64,000 nucleotides of DNA from Mobula hypostoma (lineage: Eukaryota): positions 131,194,001 through 131,258,000 of the forward strand of contig NC_086097.1 of the NCBI RefSeq assembly GCF_963921235.1. The letters run 5' to 3'. Position numbers and translations under genes: made by a program. The notes under the pieces are model-generated. The model had not been told where the DNA came from and searched no databases. It was given only the letters and a program-made list of their open reading frames with translations. Shown in pieces: positions 26,751 to 39,825 of the stretch; the stretch's first letter is position 1; the number at the start of each line of letters is the position of its first letter.

Positions 26751-27834
26751 GAAATTTATTCTCAGTAACATGCATTGCACAATACCAATGGTGCACTTTA
26801 CCCAGCTTACAAAATTCAGCTTCTTGAATTTAATGTCTACTGCATATGACCAGGCTTAATATTATGACACCACAGTACAAGCCCATGATGTTGTGTCAAA
26901 CTAATTAAATGAATAACATCTAACTTTTCCCTTTTCCTCGCACATAGACCATATCCTCCCCCCCCCCCACCTTTCTCTGCTTATCTATTAATGATTTGGA
27001 ACATCTGAACGACTGGAATAAACTGGCCAGACCATCAACTTGTTCCTTCAAGTGGTGTAATGACATCTTCTACATCTATCACCTTGAAGGACAGAGACTC
27101 AACATTTCATTTGAGAGACATTGTTGTTGAACTAGCAGCACATTCCTCAACTGAGCCTTTAACCCATGCCTTTCTGATTCAATGTTACAATACTGTTGCT
27201 GAACTCCCTGTGTAAAAGTTCACCAGCTAAACAATCAAGTAGTGGTTTGTATCATTCGGAGTATGATAATCATTTTTGATTTTGTTTATCGTGTCAGCAG
27301 GAACGAACTCTGCACAGGACAGAGCCTATTTTATCATCAAGCATTCTTGAGGGGAAAAGCAGATCACAATTGCCTATTAAACACAGACCACAAAGCCAAT
27401 CCTGACAAAGTTTGCTTCCCATTCCCATGAAAACTGTCCTTGTGTGAAATTAGCAATTGCTATTGCATTACATCCCCTTCTAATATTCAGTGACAGTCAT
27501 CCGAAAACAGGAAGTCTCGTTGCAGAATTCACACAAATGAGTTAAGAAGTCCTTTTTTTTTGACAATCACCAATCTTTAAGCAAGCTTACCACCTGCAAG
27601 AAGGCTGTACAGGGGAATAAACAAAATAGCTCATCTATTGCACTTATAATAGTGATAATTTGCATTTTTGGAATGACTTTTAAAATTTCTTCAAGCCGCT
27701 AAGAAGGAAAATTTCTCCATATAGTTACATATTTTTTTGTATAGCTGTAACTAGGAGCCAAGGCTGCAAGTATACTGGATAACACTCTGGGAGACTAACA
27801 GAAGCAATATTTTAGTGCAATTTTAAAATGGAAC

Positions 27835-28240
27835 AACAATGGCTCAGACAGGAACACTGAGTCAGAAGAATGGGGGTTTCAACTGCAAATGCCAGATGCT
27901 TAAGTATGGAAATCAAGGCTCATAACTCAGTGCCATACTGGGGTGGTTCGGTTGTCTATTGACAGTATTGTCCCTTAAATAAAAGATTAAATTGGGGATT
28001 GACACACTGTCTTGGATGTAAAAGACTGCATTACACTATTTTGAAGAAGATCAATGGTAACATCATCACTCAATCAATGCCACTAAAGCAGATATTTGGT
28101 CATTGTCACATTTCAGTTTGTGAGAACTTGTGGAGTGTGAATTCCACTGCCCCATTTCCCATACTGAGTGCACTCCCAAAGTACTTTGATGGCAGTAAAA
28201 TATTTTGGAACATCATGAAAGGTGCTAAGAAAATGTACAA
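27835..28240 (+). mobile_element. DeuSINE (SacSINE1-like) near-full copy
   Basis: ctgagtcagaag head, the core acactattttgaagaaga...tggtcattgtcacatt, and the tail aaagtactttgatggcagtaaaat...tgaaaggtgcta. Confidence 0.75.
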
Positions 28241-28379
28241 CAAAAAACTTATGAGTTCTGAAACCATTAAGGTGACAATTGTGTAAATGGCTCAATGTTT
28301 ATTTGATACTTGATATTTCTTCATGAAGGAATCTATTGGGCCCATTAAGTCAATGACAGCTCAGCATTCTCATCAATTC

Positions 28380-28615
28380 CCTTTCCCTACCTATCTCACT
28401 ACAGCTGAATCCCATTAATGCCACCTCCTTATAAGAGAAATAATTTACAGTGGACGGTTCACCTACAAGAACATCTTTGGGATGCTGGGAGGAAGCTGGA
28501 TCACCAAGGAGGAAATACACGTGGACACAGGAAGGACATGCAAACTCCACATAACTAGCAATGGAGGTCAGGATTGGGCCCACGAGGCAGTGGAACTGCT
28601 TGCTCCACCACTCTA
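28380..28615 (-). mobile_element. HE1/V-SINE-like element
   Basis: The minus strand reads aatcctgacctccattgct...gtggagtttgcatgtccttcctgtg...cccaaagatgt. Confidence 0.65.
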
Positions 28616-29596
28616 CTGCCTATTTGTGTAGAATGCAATGCAGCACATCAAATAATATCATTGCCTTCCTCTATCATCCAAAGGGCAATACAACTAGCAA
28701 ATGAGGAAGCAATGTAAACCTGTAAAGAGTTCCTCCATGCAAGACGAACAGTACCATAGTGAATGGAGTGTCTAGGTATCAAAGAACCCTTTTAGGAGAT
28801 AAGGGTGAAAGACTGACACAACTTAAATTAGGACACAGTTCTGACATTACTGCAAAGTACCAACAATGGAATGGATACAGATGATAGAAAGCTAAAAACA
28901 GATAAACAGGAAGTTACTTTTGCAGAGAAGGATATTAAGAACATTGCATTATTGTCTCCAAAACTTGATCCACTTGGAATATTACCCATGGTTTACTGCA
29001 CTGTAGATTATTTCTGGATGAAATTGTGGGACAAGTGTCTCTTTGTGTGACTCCTGTGTCCAATGAGTTAGACACACACCAAATGATGTAATTGTTCATG
29101 GTTTGCAAGCTTCTGTCCTACCGTTATAAGATTATTGACTGGTCCTCTTCATTGATAAGATGAACTCTTGACCTCAGTCTACCTCAACATGGCACCTTGT
29201 TGTCTGCCTGCACTGCACTTTCTCCATAACTGCAACATTTCATTCTGCATTCTGTTTTTCCTTTTTCCTGGTATTTCCTCATGGTACTGATGTGATAAAG
29301 TGATCTGTATGGATGGCATGTAAAACAAAGTTTATCACAGTAGCTCGGTACATGTGACACTAATAAAGCAACACCTTCCAAAGTCCACAGAATGTTTAAA
29401 CTAATTGTATGTGTTATATCCAGTCATGAGCTGCTAAGATTCCTTAACAATGGTGCCTGTGTACCAGGTAACAGTCTATTACAGAAGGTGACACTAAGAT
29501 GATATGGGTTGGGAATCTCAAAAAGTGAGGCAAAGCCACCCCCAACCATGTAAAGCCCATGCTCAGATTGGCGGTACATTCTTCCTGGACTGAGGA

Positions 29597-30118
29597 TAGG
29601 GTTGCCAACTTTCTCACTCCCAATAAGGGACAAAAGTAGCAGTCAAATACGGGACACTTGTGTTTACCCCGAGAAAGACTACCATGACCATGAAGCCTTG
29701 CGCCGGCACCTGTGTGCACATACATGACGTGTACACACGTGTACGTGCTGATTTTTTTCTACAAATCGGTTTTGGCGATTCTGTTCAGTGAAACTACACT
29801 GTTCATACATTATTTCTGCTTTATATAGGCTGTGTATTTATCCTTTCATTCCTGCTTTTACTATATGTTAGTGTTACTTTAGGTTTTATGTGTTATTTGG
29901 TATGATTTGGTAGGTTATTTTTTGGGTCTGGGAACGCTCAAAAATTTTTCCCATATAAATTAATGGTAATTGCTTCTCCGCTTTACGCCATTTTGGCATG
30001 AAAGGTTTCATAGGAACGCTCTACCTTAGTGGGGGAAATATGGGACAAGGGCGGTCCCGTATAGGCCAAACCAATTTAGCCCAATATACGGGATGACCTG
30101 GCTAATACGGCAACCCTA
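29597..30118. mobile_element. Non-autonomous hAT DNA transposon (522 bp) with perfect 8-bp TSD
   Basis: TIRs are tagggttgcc and ggcaacccta. The TSD actgagga lies at 29589-29596 and 30119-30126, and there are subterminal aatacggga repeats. Confidence 0.92.
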
Positions 30119-30324
30119 ACTGAGGATGAATATTAGATTCCCAGGTTCAGGTTTTCTGAGGCTGTTTCCAGCTGTGCAGGAAGATTCCCAGCCAGGTCCT
30201 GGTGACTAGAGTGCTCCCTCTGTGGAGGTTAAGGCCTGTAGGACCTTCCCAAGCCACTACAGCAGATGCATGTTGTGCCCTAATGTGTTGCTTCCCACTG
30301 TGTCACAGACATTGAGTGATAGAA

Positions 30325-30625
30325 CCATACATCATGGAAACAGGCCTTATGGCCCATCTGATCTATGCTATCTATGACACCATCTAAGTTAGTTCCATTT
30401 GCCTATTTTTGGCATATATCCCCCTAAAACATTATCCATGTACCTGTCCAATTTTTTTTTTAAGTTGCTAATGTACCTGCCTCAAACACTTCTTCTGGCA
30501 GCTCATTCCGTATATGGACCACTCTCTGAGTAAATAGGTTGCCCCTCAGGTTCCTAATAAATCTTTCCTCTCTCGCCTTAAACCTATCTCTCTACCTTTT
30601 GATCTCCTAACCCTGAGAAAAAGAA
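30325..30625 (-). mobile_element. CR1-clade LINE 3' fragment
   Basis: ggaaacaggccttatggccc...tccatgtacctgtccaa...ctctggcagctcattcc...gcccctcagg, the same as other CR1 tails. Confidence 0.75.
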
Positions 30626-31239
30626 GTTTTCAGAAGTTGAGTCCATGCATAGAATCACAAAGAAATTAACCCATCTACTTTGGTCTCAGTGAGGTCAGGG
30701 CAGAATCTTGGCATTGGAATTCACCATCATTGGTGGAGAGAGCCACTGTCTGCATCCCTGTGCCAATAAAAAAAAGACCTTGTTAAAGCACTGGAAGGAT
30801 TTCCACTCCCTCAACGTGCTGGTGTACTAGAATCATGAGAAGGATTCCCTCACTGTGAATACAACATTTCTAAGAAAGAATCACCCGGACAGAGTCTGCA
30901 CTATTGGGCATTTTCAGCAGCTGTTTGGATGTTAGGGTTACCTTGCACTTCTTTTGCCCCTCAAACCAGTGCATGCTTCAACTGTAAGACTTCGGGTCAT
31001 AACAAGGCGAGCAACACATAGATCAGGAGAACAACATCAACTTCCTGAACATGGCATTTAGTTGCCTGTAACAGTCCAGGGGTATCTGACAGTGGACACC
31101 AAGCAGAAGTGGAGACCTGGTGATTGAATGCCACATACTGCAATTCCTGCAGTTACCGGCAAAAGCTGGTGCCAGAGGAAGAAGACTGAGGAGCCCTAAA
31201 ACCTAAAGGGCATAAGCAAAGCTGACAGTACCATTAAAG

Positions 31240-31610
31240 ACACCATGGTTGTTCCCTTTTCTCTTGTCTTTCTACTGGGAGAAGATATAGGAACCTGAAA
31301 GCCCAGAGGACCAGATATACCAACTGAAACAGACAAGACAGCTTCTTCCCCACCACCATCAGACTTCTGAACCAATCACCTCTTTCACATCCCCTTCCCC
31401 GTGGTGCCACCACATTCTCAAACCCTTCATTCTAGTTCTTCTGCCATGGTCACTTTAGCATTCGTTATGCATTATTTCACAGATAAATTTACGCCATTCT
31501 GTTGCTTTGCATTCATCGGTGTACTTACTGTTGTAATTATGATGTATACTGCTTACTCTGTGAGCCTCAGAGGAGCAAGGAATTTCATTCAGCTTTGGTG
31601 TATATGACAG
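31240..31610 (+). mobile_element. Rex1/Babar LINE 3' fragment
   Basis: gacagcttcttccccaccaccatcagacttctgaac...gcaaggaatttcatt...gtatatgaca tail. Confidence 0.6.
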
Positions 31611-32093
31611 CAGGAAAGAAAGAATGAGGGAAGTAGCTCCAAGAGACATGTCGCTGTTCAATATCCACGGCCCTCATGTCCCAACTGAGCCACGGATATA
31701 GGTGTCAGCTGCCCAGGAATGAAAGAAAGACAATTCTCAACGGCAGCCTAGTGTTAACCATATGACTTCACACTCTGATTTTTAATATCATCATACATAG
31801 TATGCTGATATTCAGTGGTTCAAATGGCGATGGGGAAACACAGTTAATACTCAGTTATCCCTCCTCTGAACTGATTCTGACAGAGGGATGAATGAATCTT
31901 TCATCTAATTACTGAAGTGGGGCCTGATACAATATTTTTGTACATCAGAATGAGGTTCAATATCACCGGCATATGTTGTGAAATTTGTTAACTTTGTGGT
32001 AGCAGGGCATTACAACACATGATAACATAGACAGCTGTTCTTGGATTTTTGAGTGTGCGCCTGCAGGCTTCTGTACCTCCTTCCTAATGTTAG

Positions 32094-32746
32094 TGTAATG
32101 CCCTGGTTCATATTTTCACTGTTATGCTGTCCGTTTTGGCAGCTCTGTAAGAGTAGTCTGTTCTGTTTTCATGCTTGTTTGGGTTACCATTGAGGATAAG
32201 AGTGAGGCGAAATGTGTGCCATCCAGTTAGGATGGTCGGGTTAAGGGAAGGTTTCTCTGGTGAGGGACACTAAGCTTGGGCTTGGAGCTTTTGTTCGAGA
32301 GGAGATGAAGAGAGAACGTGCTGGGGAGAACCAGTCGTAGCATACGATCCGGTGGGAGACCTGTTTGTTTGAGATGAATTGCGTGATGAAATGAGTGACG
32401 TCGGAAGGTGGTGTGTGCTTTCACGTTGACCAAGGGCCCAATGTGTAAGTGACAGAGAAGTTTAAGATGAGCTCCAACTTGTGCACTGTTCAATTAGAAT
32501 GGGCCTTTTTCTTTTTGTTATTTTTACTAACCCTTTAGTTAAGATTCATAAATATAATTCCTTTAATGGTATGCAGTGTGCCATCTGTTATTTCGTGGCA
32601 TTAATTTGTAACAGCGTAGCAAGTGACACAGCATCCACACAAACCGGGGTTTGGGGTGGGATCGAGTGTGCCTCATTCTCATGACTTTGTCGGGGCCGGA
32701 GGTTGTCTTCTTGGACTTATGTAGACAAGGAAACCAGGGTGTTTCA
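32094..32746. mobile_element. Solo LTR (653 bp) inserted in a Rex1 fragment
   Basis: TG...CA ends with short inverted termini (tgtaatgccctggtt / aaccagggtgtttca) and 4-bp flanks ttag/gtag. Rex1 sequence continues on both sides (31945-32093 and 32747-32870). Confidence 0.75.
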
Positions 32747-33589
32747 GTAGGGGCATGAGCAGGGTGATGGGGGTCCTTAATAATGGACCCCACCTTTATG
32801 AAACACCACTCTTTGAAGATGTCTTGGAGGCTAGTGCCCATGATGGAGCTAATATTACGACTCATAAAACTAGTGGAACCAAGCTCGATGAACTCAGATC
32901 TCTGCAGAAACATATAAGCTCCAGGAGGATTTCCATTCTGTGGCTATAACTGGTGGTGTAAAGAACATGGTGAAATATTGTGTGCAAACATAAAATTCCA
33001 TCGGCATTTCTCCAGTGTGCAGGGGTTGCATTTGATGTAAGGGCTCAATATAAAATCATTGCCCCTCTTGAAATGACATTATGTTATGTTACACATAGAA
33101 GCAAGAGCTAAACCAGGACCCTCCACAGTTCATGACCTTACCCAGGTCCCACAGCCTTGCCAGGTTGCACTCAGAGAAGGGTCGAGGTGAGAAATTGAAG
33201 AAGGGAAAGAAAAACTGAGAACAGGGAAAAAATTGTGATAAATTAAGCGAGAAACTGAGAAACGAAGACATTCCACATTTTTCTTAACCCCCAGAAAATT
33301 CCAATGCTTTATACTCCATGAAGTACAGGAGCTTCAATCTAGAGCAAATACTGTACATAGTTGATCAGTGAGGTCCAAAGGTTGTTGCCTGAGCTGTATC
33401 ACTCCTTTATTAGTATTGTGGAAAAAGCACTGTGCTGTCTACTAGACCACTGAAAAGCACTGAATAGCGTGGTTGACTGATATTCAGCTGGTCACAGAAG
33501 AATGCCTTGTACATCTAAACTGTTAAGTACCCTTTTAACCCCACATTGGCTATTAATCACTGCCAATCAACTGCCAGTCAATAGGCAAC

Positions 33590-33890
33590 ACACTGGCACA
33601 GCAAGTAGAACTGCTGCTTCACAATACCAGAGACACCATTCAATCCTCACCTTGGGTGCTATCTGTGCAGCGTTTACACATTCTCCCTGTAACTACAGGG
33701 ATTTCTTCTGGGTGACCTGGTTTCCTCCCTATCACAAAGACTCACAGGTTAATTGGTCATTCTAATTTGCCCCAAATGTGTAGAGGATAACTGGGAGAAT
33801 AAAACTGGGTATGGTAGAATTCAGTGGAAACTGAATGACTGAACACCAGTTTCTGCCATTGTCTGTTAAGGTCCTGCTTTCATGCTACAG
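33590..33890 (+). mobile_element. HE1/V-SINE-like element
   Basis: tRNA-like head gtagaactgctgcttcac...ttcaatcctcaccttgggtgctatctgtg, then ggttaattggtcattctaatttgccc. Confidence 0.65.
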
Positions 33891-34944
33891 TATATCAAGC
33901 TTCCACAGCACTGAAAATTAACTACTGCTGTTAAACATCAAATTTCATATAACCTAAGTCAGTAATAATAAATCTGTTTCAGGTTTTAACTGTGACTGAG
34001 ATTTTGTTTAATGTAGCCTCTCCACTTTTTTTTTAATCCCCTCTCCTTTGCCTTTTCATTCTCCCAATCAGAAACTGATTTTATGTTGAATGCAAGTGAC
34101 TAGAAATCATATCCCTCCACCCCCACACATACATTCAATCTGTTTGGTTATGAAGATACACAGTTGTTTTCCTTCTGTATTCAGGTTGTTTCCTGTTTTC
34201 CCTGCCCAATCTAGCAACATTTATATATTCTCCCCTTGTTAGTCAGAAAATTCAAAAACTAAGATGACAAGGGCATTCCTAAATAATGGTGTAAGCCTCC
34301 GTGCATCAACAAGGATCATTACTCTGAAGGGTTGTTAATATGTTTTATGGAGTATTGGTAAGATGTACAAGGTTAAACATATAACAACACCCCTGGGTCT
34401 TTGAAGTTTGCACAATTGTTTAGAAGTCTCAATTTACAATGATATTTCAACCTGCCATTCCTTGCCTAGTGGTGTGTGTTGGAGTGGTGGAGTGGAGTGG
34501 GGTGGGAGTGGACAGATTGGTTGGGAGTGGAAGGCAAGATCCTGCTTGTGGCGGAAGTGTGTAGGTGCCTTGTCATGCCTTTGTGTCAAGCTGAGCACTT
34601 AGCCTGTTCACAGCCAGACACAACAGTGGCCATGATAATGAATAACAACATTTATGGTTTTTATTCTGATCCCTACTCAATCACTGCATCTGCTCATGAA
34701 AGTGCAGGATCATGGCAGAGATAGGGAGAGAATTAGACAGATAGACAGACAAATAACCAATCCTCAGTTTTAGAGGGGTGAGCAGGCAATGACGCTCCCA
34801 TACTTGGATACCTGATTTCTTATTGGCAGGGATAGCCTCTGGAAACAAAATAGGACAATTTGGGACATGAAGAAAAAGGATTTGTGTTCCATCTCACTTC
34901 CCCACCCAACAGCACTGCAAAGTCATTTGTCCACTTGTCATCGA

Positions 34945-36480
34945 ATCACAGTCATAGAGCATTGCAACAGGCCCTTGGGTCCAACTGACACGACAAATGC
35001 CAGGCCATTTATCCAAGTTTGTCCCATAGCCCTCTAAACATCTCCAATACATGTACATATCTAGATGGCTTTCAAATGTTGCTAATGTGGCTGCTTCAAC
35101 CGAAGTTCCAAGTTCAAAGTAAATTTGTTGAAAATGTACAAATATATCACCATATAACTACTCTGAGACTTCTCTTGGTCATTTATAATAAATATCAAGA
35201 AAAACCGCATATGACAGAGAGGGACAATGTGCGAAAGACAACAAACTGTGCAAATACAAAAAATAAATAATAATAAATAAGCAATCAATATTGAGAATAC
35301 AAATTGTAGAGTACTTAAAAGTGAGTAGATAAGTTGTGAAATCAGTTCAGTGTTGGGGTAGGTGAAGATATACCCTCTGGTTCAAGAGCCTGATGGTTGA
35401 GGGGCAATAACTATTCATGAACCTGGTGTAGGACTTGAGGCTCCCGTACCTCCTTCTTGATGGCAGCAGTGAGAACAGCACATGGCCTGGATGGTGGGGG
35501 TCCTTGATAATGGATGCTGCTTTCCTGTGACAGCACTCCTTGTAAATATGCCCAATGGTGGGGAGAGATTTACCTGTGCTAGACTGAAAAATATCCACTA
35601 CTTTCTGTAGGTTTTTCCATTCAACGGCAATGCTGTTCCCATACCAGGCCATGATGCAACTAGTCAGTATACTCTCCTCCACGTACCTATTGAAGTTTGT
35701 TGAAAGTTTTAGATGACGCGCTGAATCTGTGCTATGCCTTCTTTGTAATGGTACGTACGTGCTGGATCCAGGAAAGAGTCTCTGAAATAACAATGCTGAG
35801 GAATTTAAAATTGCTGACCCTCTCCACCTCTGATCCCTCGATGAGTACTGGCTCATGGACCTCCACTTTCCACCTCCTGTAGTCAATAATCAGCTCTATT
35901 TCAGGCAACTTATTTTAAATACGTACCACCCTTAGCATGAAAAAGCTCCATCTGATTTCTTTTTCAAATCACTTTCCTCTGTATTTAAATCTATGTCTTC
36001 TTATTTCTAGCAAACCCTTCCTAGGAAAAAAGACCTTTCACCCTGTCTATGCCTCTAATGATCTTGTGTACCACTATCAGGTCACCTCTACGCTTCGGGG
36101 AGTAAATTCCTAGTCTATACAATCTCTCCTTGTAGCTCAGGTCCCCAAATCCTGGCGACATCCTTTGAAAATGAAAATCTTTTCCAATTCTTCCTTGTTT
36201 AATAACATCTTTCCTACAACAGGGTGACCAAAATTGTACTTAATACTCCAAGCACAAGAATATCTACAGATGCTGGAAATCCAGGCTACACAAACAAAAT
36301 GTTGGAGGAACTCAGCAGGCCAGGGAGCATCTATGGAAAAGAGTAAACAGTCGATATTTTGGGCCGGGACCCTTCATCAGGCCCGGAAAAAAAGATGAGA
36401 AGTCAGGATCCAAGTGCAGCCACACCAACATCTTATATAACCCCAACATTATGCTCCAACTCCTATACTCAATGCACTGA
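34945..36480 (-). mobile_element. CR1 LINE fragment interrupted by Rex1 (35100-35895) and a Penelope-like piece (~36254-36408)
   Basis: CR1 segments at about 34945-35095, 35900-36253 and 36409-36480 are collinear. tccaag is duplicated around the Penelope-like insert. Confidence 0.7.
35100..35895 (-). mobile_element. Rex1/Babar LINE 3' portion nested in a CR1
   Basis: ORF 35347..35886 contains ESILTSCIMAWYG and HHPGHVLFSLLPSRRRY, the Rex1/Babar ORF C-terminus. Confidence 0.85.
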
Positions 36481-37186
36481 CAGACATGGGTCTTGTCTTC
36501 CTGCTCGGGTTTCTCAAGGCTTGGGTCATCAGGACAGCAAGAGTTAAAACTGAAAAATAAATTTAATCACCTTTGCCAAAATGGGTCAATAGTCCCCAAA
36601 GTACACTGTAGTTTTTCCTTTGTTCTGCCAGAGCTAAACCCAGAACTTCATGTTTTTTAAAAAATGTAGTTTTGAGCAGGTTACTGATCGGGCCATCCCT
36701 ACTTGGCATTGTGATGGAGATAATGAACATTTTTCTTAAATTTCTGCTCTTCTGTGTGGTGCTGTACTCCTGCACCACTATTGAAGAAGGACTTTGATGG
36801 TGAAGGGATAGTGACATGTTTCCAAGCCAGGCTGGCGTGTGAGGAGCATGTGAGGAATGAGTGATCTCACACACCTTCTACCCTTATTATTCACAGTGGC
36901 AGAGACTGCAGGGGTGGGAGGTGCTGCTGGAGGAGTCTTTACAAGTAACTGCATTGCAGTTTGCAGATAGTACACAGGGCGGCCATTGTGTGCCAGTGGT
37001 GGAGTGAATGAATGAATGTTCAGGGTGATAGTTGGGGAGCGAAGATTATGATCTACTTTGGATGTTGTTGAGCTCTGAGGTTGACACTGGGAGGGAGACT
37101 TTAAAGATTTTACCCGTCCAGCTGATCTCTAACCCTACCTGTCTAAAACAGATTAAAACTCACCACTTGTGTGCATGAATGAGTGT

Positions 37187-37189
<3 letters not shown>

Positions 37190-37223
<34 letters not shown>
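37190..37223. repeat. (GA)n microsatellite
   Basis: Read directly from the sequence. Confidence 0.95.
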
Positions 37224-37227
<4 letters not shown>

Positions 37228-38450
37228 TAAGAACAGGCCTTCACTTTCATGTGGCTATCAGCATTTGTTAAACCATGGGCTGGAAGAAAACTGAGACGCA
37301 GAAGTCACTTACTACCAAACCTGTACCAAGGAAGATTTAAGACTAACGAGGAAGTAAACTCGGAATAAATATGTGCCAAAAACAAAACTACAAAATCAAA
37401 AAGAGCTTAGAATTAAGTTTCACTAGATAACAAAAAGGCCTTCCTAAAAAATCTCTTCACGCAGCCCTGAAATATCCACCATCTCTGCACTGTGGCATTT
37501 TACAGGAATCTTTTTGAGATAGAAATCTTTCAACTTCAAGTTTTCTTAATGAATACGGTATTTATTTCCCTGGCAGACATGAATATAACTCATTACTTTA
37601 CAAGAAAGCCCTCTTTATTAAATGTTCCTGCAGACCTACTTAATGCACAGTGTCTATTGCCTAATGCAGTGGTATGATCTGCAACACTAATGTAGCTTCC
37701 AAACTTGGCACTGCATACAGTTCTATGAGTGACAAAGGACATGTTCCCCTAGACATTAGGTCTTTCTTAAATTTACCTTGCCCATGCAACACCCTCATTC
37801 TCTCTATTGTCCACTCTGGGCTCCAGGAGTCCTCAATTGTCACACAGTAGACTGCCCAACCGGTGGGTACTCTTCTGTTCATTCAACGCAGACCCAATGA
37901 GTTTTCTTGTATCCTGCACCAGCCTTCTCAACCTCTTCTTCCAAGAGGCTCCTTCAAGTGGCATAGAATGTGCCACCTAGTGTTTTCAATCAGAACCTGT
38001 GATCACTATCAGAATTACTGTGAATGTGCATTCAAGTCGTTTATTGTCATATATATGTGCACATACGCACAAGTGCAATGGGAAACGTACAGCAGCATTC
38101 ACAAGAAAAACATTTTTCCCGCAAGACACAATTTGAACAAAGAAGTCTATTTTAGTGCAACGTGGTCAGTGTTCATTGTGTCGATAAACTAGTATTTACG
38201 GTGTTGTTATTGATTCAAGAACAAAAGTAGTGATATTTGTACCTGGTGGTGGTTACTACCAATAATCCTGATTTTCATATATCTAACAAGAGATAAAGCT
38301 ATATTTGCCCATTGCCTCCACTGCTGTATTTCACATGGAATCCACTGGTGTGACCCTGGCTTGCTCCTGGATTTGAGAATCCACTGTTGATTTTAAAGCT
38401 ATGGATTAGGAGACGGAAGAGAGACTAAGTAATATCTTAAAAGTGATTTT

Positions 38451-38767
38451 TTTTGGCGTGTGCCTGCATGCGCGAGTCTGTGCATGTGTGAGTGTGCATC
38501 TGTGCGTGTGCGTGTATGTGTCCGTGATGATGTCTTTTTCATGGCTTTTTACAAGGCGCAGAGCGAGAGAGAGAGACTGTGTGGAGCGCCATTCCTCACA
38601 CAGACATTTTCACAGTATTTTTTCCTTTATTTTACGAGGTCAAGTTACGATCTCGACATTCAACCCAGCACGAATAGAAAGCGTACTCGGGAGCGGACCT
38701 GATGGTTTCGAACCCAGGAACCTCCGCTTCCGGGTCCGGCGCTGATGTCATTGCGCCACTAGCCGCC
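38451..38767 (-). mobile_element. Young tRNA-derived SINE with 15-bp TSD
   Basis: The minus-strand head is ggcggctagtggcgcaatg (A box)...ggttcgaaacc (B box). The element is CpG-rich, and cttaaaagtgatttt occurs at 38436-38450 and 38768-38782. Confidence 0.88.
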
Positions 38768-39499
38768 CTTAAAAGTGATTTTAAATTTTGTTGTCTTTAA
38801 ATTGCTTCTAGTTATTTCTTTATAATTATTTTCACTGTTTTAAATTAACTATTTATTTATAAAATGCTAATTATTAAATAGTTATGAAAAGAAACTGAAT
38901 ACCAGAGACCTTTAAAAATAAATAGTCACTCATAGCCCTTGCAGCTGGTGGAGCTGGGGGTGAAAGTTCACCAGCAGGCAAAGCTATCAAAACAGAAGGC
39001 AAAATCAGGAGCGGTGTTTTCTTATCACCCCTTTGAATGCTGTGCCACTCTCTAGCCCACACTGCTGGTGTCCAGGAAGCTTCAGCAATGAGATTGACTG
39101 TCCACATCAAGATCAGGCCAGTACAAGTAGGCTGGGGAGCGCATGGGTCCATTCTAAATCAGGTTAGCAAGATCTGGCCCATCAAATGCGAGGAGTGTGA
39201 GCACTATGCAATCATCTGCAGTGTTTAATAGGATTTCAGCAGAAGTATTATGTGCTTCCCCCTCTAGAGGATCATAGAAACTTCTGCGAAGGTTTCAAGA
39301 TCCCCTTATATTTCCGAATGTGAATTTTCTTTTATTGTGACACCAGGCTCAGAGAAGAAGCCACATGGCGTCAGTATGGTACATATCATCAGAGAAAAAT
39401 TATAATGCAGAAAAAAGCCATCGCATCTGTGTTGGTTGTGAACGACTACCTCGCCTAATCCCATATTAGGTCTAGGTCCATAGTTCTTCGAGTAAACCT

Positions 39500-39825
39500 A
39501 ATGCATAGAACAGTGCAGCACAGGAACACAATATTGTGTCAAACTAATTAAGCTGATGGCTCCTTATCCCTTCTACTTGCACATGGTCCACGTCCATACA
39601 TGCTCTGCATACTCACGTGCCTACCTTACAGCCTCTTAAATGCCTCTATTGCCCTTGCCTCCACATTCCAGGTACCCACCACTCTGTGTAAAGCAAAAAT
39701 CTGCTCCATACTTCTCCTTTGAACTCTCCCCTTCCCCCTTAATTTAAATGCCTGCTCTTTAGTAATAAGTATTTTTGAACTCCGGGGAAAGATACCAGCT
39801 GTCTACTCTATCTATGCTTCCATTA
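39500..39825 (-). mobile_element. CR1-clade LINE 3' fragment
   Basis: Same tail as 3757-4075 (agaacagtgcagcacaggaac...cctcttaaatgcctc...ctcctttgaact). Confidence 0.7.

Noticed and set aside
35347..35886. Independent 179-aa gene (an ALKBH8-N/DUF1891-like annotation is possible)
   Set aside because: It is the C-terminus of a Rex1/Babar LINE ORF, present in several decayed copies in this window.
38690..38767. tRNA gene
   Set aside because: It has A and B boxes but is the head of a TSD-flanked SINE, with no clean cloverleaf or terminator.
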